From positions 928,001 through 992,000 of the forward strand of contig CBDDCK010000005.1 of the NCBI GenBank assembly GCA_965225855.1: a DNA stretch of 64,000 nt, in the 5' to 3' direction. Of this stretch, positions 53,447 through 64,000 are shown in pieces. A program made the translations under genes and the position numbers. The notes beneath the pieces are model-generated. The model worked only from the letters and a program-made list of their open reading frames with translations. It was not told the origin of the DNA and ran no database searches. The stretch comes from Spirochaetia bacterium (GTDB taxonomy: Bacteria; Spirochaetota; Spirochaetia; SP-2023). Position 1 is the first letter of the stretch. Each line of letters starts with the position of its first letter.

Positions 53447-54273
53447 TCATGAAGCAAAATTATATTGTAAAAGTATTGTTGTTTATCATTGTCTTATTGG
53501 GTGCGATTGTTATTTCTATACCATTTGTTTGGTTGATTGTTAGTACATTTAAAGATAATCAAGAAATTATTCGTTTCCCCCCGCAATTTTTCCCAGACAG
53601 CATCAATTGGGCAAACTATCAAGAGATTATCCAAAAATTTAACATTTTTCGCTATTTTTATAATTCTGTATTTTTATCTGTAACAAAAACAGGGATAGGA
53701 GTTTATATCAGCATATACTGTGGTTACACTTTAGCAAAGTTTCAGTTCTTTGGCAAAAAAATATTATTTAGCATCCTTTTATTTACCATGATGGTACCAT
53801 ATTTAATTATGGTAATACCTTTATATAATATGATCAATAGTTTTAATTTAATGGATAGCTATATGGGAGTTATGCTACCCACTATTTTATCGCCATTTGG
53901 TGTTTTTATGATGCGCCAGCATATACTAAATGGTGTACCCAATGAACTGTTAGAGAGTGCACGAATTGATGGTGCCAGCGAATTTTATATCTTTCACATA
54001 ATCGCTATACCGCTATGCCAAAATATGCTTTCCGCTCTAGGTATTTTTTTATTTTTATGGAATTGGGAAGACTTTCTTTGGCCTTATTTGGTGTTGTTAA
54101 CACAAAGTAAATTTCCCTTAGCTGTGGCCTTAAATTTGTTTAGCGGTCAAAATGTGGTAAACTATGGCCCTTTATTTGCAGCAACATTTGTAGCCATACT
54201 GCCCATTTTAATCGTTTATGCGTTTTTGCAAGGTCGCTTTGTCAATGGTATTGCCATGACAGGTATTAAATAA
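53443..54273 (+). CDS. Carbohydrate ABC permease
   Basis: ELLESARIDGAS, WNWEDFLWP. Confidence 0.92.
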   Translation: MIMKQNYIVKVLLFIIVLLGAIVISIPFVWLIVSTFKDNQEIIRFPPQFFPDSINWANYQEIIQKFNIFRYFYNSVFLSVTKTGIGVYISIYCGYTLAKFQFFGKKILFSILLFTMMVPYLIMVIPLYNMINSFNLMDSYMGVMLPTILSPFGVFMMRQHILNGVPNELLESARIDGASEFYIFHIIAIPLCQNMLSALGIFLFLWNWEDFLWPYLVLLTQSKFPLAVALNLFSGQNVVNYGPLFAATFVAILPILIVYAFLQGRFVNGIAMTGIK

Positions 54274-55946
54274 TGTTTGACATAAATGAGATACCATTTT
54301 CTTATTTTGTTGTATCACATTATCCGGGCGAGGGTTTGTTTATACGCGATATACGCAATGGAGATATGGATACTGGCAAGATTTTCAAGCTAACTCCTTG
54401 TGATGAAGATGGTAAAGCGATTATATACCACTGTTTGATGAAAGCGCATTTGCTGCAAATTTTGAGTCAACAAAATGAGGTATTATTGGAATTTTGCTTT
54501 GCTGATGAGAATACTTTGCTTCTTGCTACAATGGCCCCGTGTGCTTTATGTAAATTTGAATTGTTATTGCAAAAATACGATCATATAAATCCTTTAAATA
54601 AAAATATGTATGAATTACATAGTTACTCACAACAAGTAAAAATGTTGCTTTGTGTACGTCAAGGAGAAATCAAAGCAATTTTACCATGGGAGCGCATTGG
54701 CAATAGCTCGGCGACATTGTTTTTAAAACATACAGATGGTAGAGCAGAATTGACAATGGAGTCTTATCTGACTGTAGCAAAGCAAAAAGAATATCCTAGT
54801 TTTGCCGTTTGTGTAGTGCAGGCAAAAAATTTTTATCAAGACTTCCAAAAGAAGCTACCAATTCTCTCGGATAATTTTAAAGATACATGGAATCAAGCTT
54901 GCTATATTTTATTTTCTTGTATCGTTCATCCAGAAGGCATGTTAAAAAAATATGCCATATATATGTCCAATAATTATATGACAAATATATGGAGTTGGGA
55001 TAATGCATTTACATCTTTGGGAATGTTGTTAGCGCAGCCGAAAATGGCTTATGAACAATTTACTTACTTTCATGAACTTCAAGATGAAAGCGGTATTTTT
55101 CCCGACTTTGTCAATAATAAATATACTTCGTTTGCCTGTTGCAAGCCCCCCATTCATGGTTTTATATATCAAATATTGATGAGGGAAAATAGCTATTTTA
55201 CGGATACGAATAGGCTAATAGAAGTTTATCAGATGCTCAAACATCTTGCTTCATACTGGGAAAACTATAGAAAGTCTGGCAATCTATATTTTTACAATCA
55301 TGGCAATGATTCGGGTTGGGACAATGCGACTATGTTTGCTCAAGGTTGTCCGCTAATCGGCCCCGATTTGGCAGCCCATTTAATTACCTTACATGATGCG
55401 TTAGCCGATATAGCGGCTAAATTACCCAAGAATCTCAAAGATTGCGATGGTGTGGGAATGCATCGCAATCGGGCAAAAGAAATTGCACGGAATTTGGTAG
55501 CAGAATTATGGAATGGTTGCTATTTTGTTGCTAAAAAAATTAATGGCGATTTTGTGGATATAAAATATTGTTTATTGCGTTTGTTACCATTAGTTGCTGC
55601 CAAATATTTGCCCACAGAAATTATTGATACTATGGTAGGAGATTTATGCGACCCTAGGCAATTTACAGATTTTGGTTTTGCTACAGAGCGGCTCGATAGC
55701 CCATTGTATGAATCCAATGGTTATTGGCGTGGCCCAATTTGGGCCCCCAGCACGTTGCTATTGGTTGAAGCTTTGCAACGGTGTGGCAATGCCCAATTGG
55801 CAAAATCGGCAGCAGAAAAGTTTTGCCAATTGTGTGAAGTGGGAGGTTTAGCTGAAAATTTTGATGCAGTAACAGGAAAAGGCTTAGGAGACTCTGCGTT
55901 TGCCTGGACCAGTAGTGTTTTTTTACATCTAGGAGCAAAGTTATAG
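54273..55946 (+). CDS. GH63/MGH1-like glycoside hydrolase
   Basis: IWSWDNAF, KPPIHG, DSGWDN, YWRGPIW, ENFD..TG, FAWTSS. Confidence 0.85.
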   Translation: MFDINEIPFSYFVVSHYPGEGLFIRDIRNGDMDTGKIFKLTPCDEDGKAIIYHCLMKAHLLQILSQQNEVLLEFCFADENTLLLATMAPCALCKFELLLQKYDHINPLNKNMYELHSYSQQVKMLLCVRQGEIKAILPWERIGNSSATLFLKHTDGRAELTMESYLTVAKQKEYPSFAVCVVQAKNFYQDFQKKLPILSDNFKDTWNQACYILFSCIVHPEGMLKKYAIYMSNNYMTNIWSWDNAFTSLGMLLAQPKMAYEQFTYFHELQDESGIFPDFVNNKYTSFACCKPPIHGFIYQILMRENSYFTDTNRLIEVYQMLKHLASYWENYRKSGNLYFYNHGNDSGWDNATMFAQGCPLIGPDLAAHLITLHDALADIAAKLPKNLKDCDGVGMHRNRAKEIARNLVAELWNGCYFVAKKINGDFVDIKYCLLRLLPLVAAKYLPTEIIDTMVGDLCDPRQFTDFGFATERLDSPLYESNGYWRGPIWAPSTLLLVEALQRCGNAQLAKSAAEKFCQLCEVGGLAENFDAVTGKGLGDSAFAWTSSVFLHLGAKL

Positions 55947-55995
55947 AAAAATTTTCCGTTTGTATTAGAATGCTATTAGTTGTTCAAAGTGAGAT

Positions 55996-56868
55996 ATGAA
56001 AAAATACTGTTATGATTTTATACTATTAGCGGTTGCGATGATTTGGGGTTCTGGATTTATTGCTGCTGATATTGCTGTTGAACATTGGCCACCCATATTT
56101 ATTACTGCAATGCGCTTTAGTATTGCAGCATTATTTTTTAGTATCATTAGTATCAAAAAACTTAAAGATATAGCCGTTTATCTATACCCCGGTTTCGTAA
56201 TTGGTTTTTTCTTGGCATTAGGGTTTATATTCCAAACGGTGGCTTTAAACTATACTACACCAGCGAAAAATGCTTTTTTGACTTCAACCAATGTGATCAT
56301 TACACCATTTCTATATTTTATTTTTAGCCGCAAAGCAGTAACGATAAAAAGCTTAATCGGTGCTACTTTAGCTCTCGTGGGAATTGGCATTTTAAATTTT
56401 GATGGGCAATCTTTATTGCTCAGCAATAAAGGTGATATTTTGACATTAATATGCGCCTTTTTTTTTGCGTTGCATATTTACTTTACAGGGTATTTTTTGC
56501 ACGAAAAAAATTGCAATTTGAACACGATTGTTTTGTTGCAATTTTTGGTTGCTGCCATAATTTCTTGGCTCGCTACCATATTTGTAGAAGGTTTATTTCT
56601 AAGCAATTTTAATTTTATCTCTGTGCCAAGTTACGCTGTGATATATTTAGGATTATTTTCCACTTTGCTATGTTTTTTCTTGCAAAACTTTGCCCAACGT
56701 AGAGTAAACCCAAATAAAACAGCCATTATTTTATCATTGGAGGCTTTATTTGGTAGTTTATTTTCTGTTCTCTTGCGTGGTGAAATACTCACAACAACTA
56801 TGCTCATTGGATTTAGTATCTTGTTTAGCGCAATTATGATCATCGAAGTAAAAATACCCAAAAAATAA
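55996..56868 (+). CDS. DMT/EamA family transporter
   Basis: IWGSGF, ~10 TM, LSLEALFG. Confidence 0.9.
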   Translation: MKKYCYDFILLAVAMIWGSGFIAADIAVEHWPPIFITAMRFSIAALFFSIISIKKLKDIAVYLYPGFVIGFFLALGFIFQTVALNYTTPAKNAFLTSTNVIITPFLYFIFSRKAVTIKSLIGATLALVGIGILNFDGQSLLLSNKGDILTLICAFFFALHIYFTGYFLHEKNCNLNTIVLLQFLVAAIISWLATIFVEGLFLSNFNFISVPSYAVIYLGLFSTLLCFFLQNFAQRRVNPNKTAIILSLEALFGSLFSVLLRGEILTTTMLIGFSILFSAIMIIEVKIPKK

Positions 56869-56890
56869 AAAGGATAACAAACATTTGTAA

Positions 56891-59992
<3,102 letters not shown>

Positions 59993-60028
59993 ATTACAGC
60001 GTATTCAGCTAATAGGAAATTTTAGGAT

Positions 60029-60613
60029 ATGGGCAATAAAGTGAAATTATTGATGATCGATCACTATGATTCTTTTACTTATAATTTATTAGCTTTAATT
60101 GAATTACAAGGGATCAAAGTCGATTTGATCAAAAATAATGAGTACCGAGCCATCACAGGTTATGATGCGCTGGTTTTTTCGCCAGGGCCTAGCAATCCTG
60201 TAAATGCAGGTATTTCGCTGCGTTATTTTGATGAATGGGCAGGCAAATTGCCCATTTTTGGTGTGTGTCTAGGTATGCAAATTATGGCATATAAGCTAGC
60301 AGAACATGGGCTTGCAGGATATAAAGTGCACGCGGCTGTGAGTATTCAACATGGAAAAACCGATGAGTTAAAAGTGCAATTGGATTCGCAACTATTTGCT
60401 GGGATTCCCAAACAAGGGGCTAAGGTGGTGCGCTATCATTCGCTGGCTATCGCTGCGCCCGAAGAGCAAATTAGCTCTCGTGCACAAAGCGATAATGAAG
60501 TGATGAGCTTAGAAATCCCACAATGGAAATTATATGGGGTTCAGTTCCACCCTGAATCTATCCTTAGTGAATATGGGGCTGAAATAATACAAAATTTTAT
60601 TTCTCTATTGTGA
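60029..60613 (+). CDS. trpG: Anthranilate/aminodeoxychorismate synthase glutamine amidotransferase subunit (TrpG/PabA)
   Basis: IDHYDSFTYNL, SPGP, GVCLG, RYHSL, QFHPES. Confidence 0.85.
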   Translation: MGNKVKLLMIDHYDSFTYNLLALIELQGIKVDLIKNNEYRAITGYDALVFSPGPSNPVNAGISLRYFDEWAGKLPIFGVCLGMQIMAYKLAEHGLAGYKVHAAVSIQHGKTDELKVQLDSQLFAGIPKQGAKVVRYHSLAIAAPEEQISSRAQSDNEVMSLEIPQWKLYGVQFHPESILSEYGAEIIQNFISLL

Positions 60614-60679
60614 AGCCATATTTTTCTAAATTTTAAAGAGAACCAAAAATGAAACCAATTATCATCAAGTTTTACAAGA

Positions 60680-60946
60680 ATGGAAGTTTTACAAATAAAC
60701 AAAAGCCAAACAAAACATTTATTGAAATTTTCTATCTCGGATACCGGTTGTGGTATATCAAAAAATAAACACAAATTGATATTTGAGCGATTTTTTCGGG
60801 TAGATTATGACCGCAACCAAAAAATAGGTGGTAGTGGCCTAGGGCTAGCTATCTCAAAAAAATCTTATAGAATTGGTGGCAAAATTATGGGCCGAAGGGG
60901 AGCTAAATTATGTTTTGTTCTACTTTGCATGAGGTATATAGTTTGA
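60680..60946 (+). pseudogene. Histidine kinase HATPase_c fragment
   Basis: ISDTGCGI, IFERFFRVD, GGSGLGLAISK; no HisKA or sensor part. Confidence 0.75.
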
Positions 60947-60991
60947 GTAAAATTTCTTAAAGATTTGTCCTGCTTAGCCGAGTATTATGCA

Positions 60992-61849
60992 GTGAAATTG
61001 AAAATATTAATTACCAATGACGATGGTTTTGGCCATCAAGGTCATCAAAGCCTAAAAAAAATGCTCCAAGATTTAGGCCATGAAGTTTGGAGTATTGCAC
61101 CGCAAGAAAATCAAAGTGGCGTTGGAATGAAATTCACCTTGGGCAAAAGCCTAGAATTTAAGCAGCTGGATTCACATAGCTGGGCATGCTCGGGAACGCC
61201 TGTTGATTGTGTGCTATTTGCCCTACATGGTTTTTTATCTTTTCGCCCCGATGCGGTTATTTCTGGGATCAACGGCGGGGCGAATCTAAGTGATGATCTT
61301 TGGTATTCCGGTACAGCTGCTGCTGCGCGGGAAGCATCGAGATGGGGGCTGCCGGCTTTAGCTCTGTCTTACGATAGCTTACCTCCTTATAGCGAGAATG
61401 ACTTTGTTTTTTTTGGTTCTTTGTTTCAGCAGCATCTTAGAGATTTGTTGCAAGCCTGTGAGCTAAACGATGAAGGAGCAGGACAAAATCTTTCAGGCTT
61501 TTTAAATATCAATATCCCGCCTAATTGTAATGGAGGGGTTAATTTTGCCAATTCTTTTGCACTGCGGCCATACCATAATGTATTGCAAAAAACCGGTGAG
61601 GATTGCTATGTTTTAAATAGCCGTATTGATGAACAGCAAAAATATCCATCTTATGTGGATACAGCTATCAATAAAGCGGGGCATGTTAGTATCAGTTTGG
61701 GGGCTTTCCATAGCCTACAACCATTGCAGCTAGCTCCAGAGTTGTACAAAGAGGAAAATAATTTCTCACAAAATTTTCAGTTAGCTTCTACCAAAGAAGC
61801 GGTTGAGGCGATGAATCGTATAGCTCAAGTTGGTATTGGTTTTGCATAA
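60992..61849 (+). CDS. surE: 5'/3'-nucleotidase SurE
   Basis: ILITNDDG, GTPVDCV, SGINGGAN, YSGTAAAA. Confidence 0.93.
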   Translation: MKLKILITNDDGFGHQGHQSLKKMLQDLGHEVWSIAPQENQSGVGMKFTLGKSLEFKQLDSHSWACSGTPVDCVLFALHGFLSFRPDAVISGINGGANLSDDLWYSGTAAAAREASRWGLPALALSYDSLPPYSENDFVFFGSLFQQHLRDLLQACELNDEGAGQNLSGFLNINIPPNCNGGVNFANSFALRPYHNVLQKTGEDCYVLNSRIDEQQKYPSYVDTAINKAGHVSISLGAFHSLQPLQLAPELYKEENNFSQNFQLASTKEAVEAMNRIAQVGIGFA

Positions 61850-62039
61850 AATTATGCTCTGTAAAAATATAATATTAAATTTTTTGGGTATTAGAATTTA
61901 GTACCATATTTGTTTTTATGGACTTTGTCAAATAGAAGAAAATGCTGCTCTTTACTCTTGGCTATTGCTTTTTTGTACACTATTTTTATTGTTTGGCTAT
62001 TATTCCAGCAGATAAAACCGGGGATTGTAAAGGAGTTGT

Positions 62040-64000
62040 ATGAGCCCAGTCTTGCCCAAAACCGTTTTCGTTAGGCCATTTGTTACGCAACTATCTTTAG
62101 TTATTGGTTTTTCGTTGTTTAGTTATTTTGTTTTACAGCAGTTTTTATTTGCCCAAGCAGATGTGGATATGGGCCAAATAGAATATAATCTTATTCAAGC
62201 TAAAGAAAATTTTCGGATTGGTGTCAATGCTTTTAACTACGGTTTTTACAATCGTGCGATTGTTGCTTTAGAACACTCTTTATCTTTAAATCCAGAAAGT
62301 TCTGGTGCCATATTTTGGTTAGGGCGCAGCTATTATGCCAATGGTTATGTGCGCTTGGGGTTAGAGCAATGGAAGAGTTTGATTGATGAGAATCAAGCAA
62401 CTTCCAGTCTCCGCAGCTTTTATGACACATTGGATTACCGTTATCGTTTAGTTTCTAGGCGCAGCTCTGTTGATGAATATTCATTGTTTATGAAGTTACA
62501 ATCGCGCAAACGCGGGACCAAACGCAATATGTATTTTATTGGACCGACTTCGGCTCGCGCATCTTTGGACAGGGATAAAATTTATATTGTCGATTATCGA
62601 GACAGCAAAGTGGTTGCAGTAGATGCCAGTGGTGCAACAAAATTTTTATTTCGCGGCTCTATTCAAAAAGTTTATGACCGCCCTTTTGATATTTTATTGC
62701 GGCCTAAAGGTCAAGGTTTTATTTTGAGTCAAGAGGGTTCTCATTCATTATTATTTTGTGATGAGAATGGATTTCCATTTAAAGAAGTTGGTGAAAAAGG
62801 TAATGGTTTTGGCCAATTTTTGGGGCCACAGCACCTCACAGATTCTGGGGACGGCTATTTTTATGTTACTGATTGGGGCAATCGGCGTATTGTAAAATTA
62901 GATTACAATGGCAATTTTATTTTTACCTTCGGTTCGGCTAACGAGAGATTTTTGGGTTTAGAAGGGCCTACAGGTATAATGATCCGGAATAATAAGATGT
63001 ATGTTGCCGATACGTTGCAACAGAAAATCTTTATTTTTAATCAGGAAGGAATTTATCTCGAGACTTTTATTAATTCTGGGTTAAAGTCTCCGGAATCCCT
63101 CCAGCTGACAAAAGAAGGAAATATGCTTATTGCTGATGGCAATGAAATCAAGTTGTATGACTTTAATGAAAACAAACTGAAAACGATTTATACTTCAGAA
63201 AAAAACCGTAGGTATGTAGATATTGGTTATGACCGAAATTTGAATATTATTGCGGTAGATTTTGATAACCAAAGAATTGATTTTATTACCCCCATCAACA
63301 ATTTGTATACGGATATGTTTGTTCAGATAAACCGAGTGCTTACTTCCCAATATCCTAAGGTTGATATAGACTTGCTAGTGCAAGACCGAGAAGGTAACCC
63401 AATTGTGGGTTTAAGTAAAGAGAATTTTCAAGTTATCGAGAGCAATAAAAGGCAGAATTCGGATTTAATATATACCAGCGTCAATGACCAATCTGTTGCG
63501 ATTGCGATTATTTTGGGCAGCAACCTGGGCTTCCATCATGATGCCATTCGCGAAGTTGCAAACAACGTTATCCAGCGAAATGGAGAGGCCCGAGATGATA
63601 GTTTTGTGCTGGTGCAGGGTGGTAAAATTCCCCGTATATTGAGTACTTCTATTGCAGATTTGGCTGAAAACTTTACTGATTATATAGGGCTAGAACCGAA
63701 TGGTTCACCAGAGGCAAATTTTGATATTTCTTTGCGCTTCGCTTTGGATAGCTTGGTGCAATCACGCCAAAGGAAGGTGATTGTATTTTTCTCTGGTGAT
63801 ACCGACAAAATTGCAACAGAGACTTATAATATATCGGACTTAAAGAGCTATCTGCAATTGGAAAATGCCAATATGTATAGCGTGCTTTCTAAGGGCAATA
63901 AGGTTATCTCGTATTTAGTGGATAATACCAATGGTCGGGTTTATAACAATTCTAGTGTGCGCAATTTTGATACAGACCTGCAAGAAAATCGTGATGCATT
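62040..64000 (+). CDS. Secreted TPR + NHL-repeat + vWA-like protein, runs off window end (possible spirochaete BB0236-like flagellar collar protein)
   Basis: Not in ORF track; ATG 62040 after AAGGAG; spot translations gave TPR FWLGRSYY, NHL YVTDWGNRRIVK and VQDREGNPIVGL in one frame; not every codon checked. Confidence 0.75.
   Translation, partial: MSPVLPKTVFVRPFVTQLSLVIGFSLFSYFVLQQFLFAQADVDMGQIEYNLIQAKENFRIGVNAFNYGFYNRAIVALEHSLSLNPESSGAIFWLGRSYYANGYVRLGLEQWKSLIDENQATSSLRSFYDTLDYRYRLVSRRSSVDEYSLFMKLQSRKRGTKRNMYFIGPTSARASLDRDKIYIVDYRDSKVVAVDASGATKFLFRGSIQKVYDRPFDILLRPKGQGFILSQEGSHSLLFCDENGFPFKEVGEKGNGFGQFLGPQHLTDSGDGYFYVTDWGNRRIVKLDYNGNFIFTFGSANERFLGLEGPTGIMIRNNKMYVADTLQQKIFIFNQEGIYLETFINSGLKSPESLQLTKEGNMLIADGNEIKLYDFNENKLKTIYTSEKNRRYVDIGYDRNLNIIAVDFDNQRIDFITPINNLYTDMFVQINRVLTSQYPKVDIDLLVQDREGNPIVGLSKENFQVIESNKRQNSDLIYTSVNDQSVAIAIILGSNLGFHHDAIREVANNVIQRNGEARDDSFVLVQGGKIPRILSTSIADLAENFTDYIGLEPNGSPEANFDISLRFALDSLVQSRQRKVIVFFSGDTDKIATETYNISDLKSYLQLENANMYSVLSKGNKVISYLVDNTNGRVYNNSSVRNFDTDLQENRDA

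Overview
Probably a spirochaete chromosome segment (spirochaete-type PcnB, FapA/DUF342, lipoprotein signals, TPR-NHL protein), in three parts. (1) 1-17 kb is a minus-strand defence island. It holds three TPR-array paralogues (two fused to an ABC-type AAA_15/21 ATPase, one to a coiled-coil/2TM tail), two DUF262+HEPN pairs and a type IIG/ISP-like restriction-modification enzyme. Every module is separated by copies of one ~50-bp double-hairpin core (28 copies, almost fixed 132-bp period); in the largest array each unit also carries a TTGACA-17bp-TATATT-type promoter. (2) 17-48 kb has argG, tRNA-Phe, metE, a TRAP+gldA block between 1.8-kb direct repeats that create a chimeric metE, then mnmA, pcnB, DUF58/transglutaminase, fapA, copA and mtnN. 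Two inverted modular surface-lipoprotein paralogues bracket the 35-48 kb part. (3) 51-64 kb has a sugar ABC/GH63/GH2 cluster, trpG-like, surE and a TPR-NHL gene. Small relics (Fic, hsdS, Mu gpF-like, histidine kinase) indicate decay. All calls come from motif reading by eye; no database searches were run.
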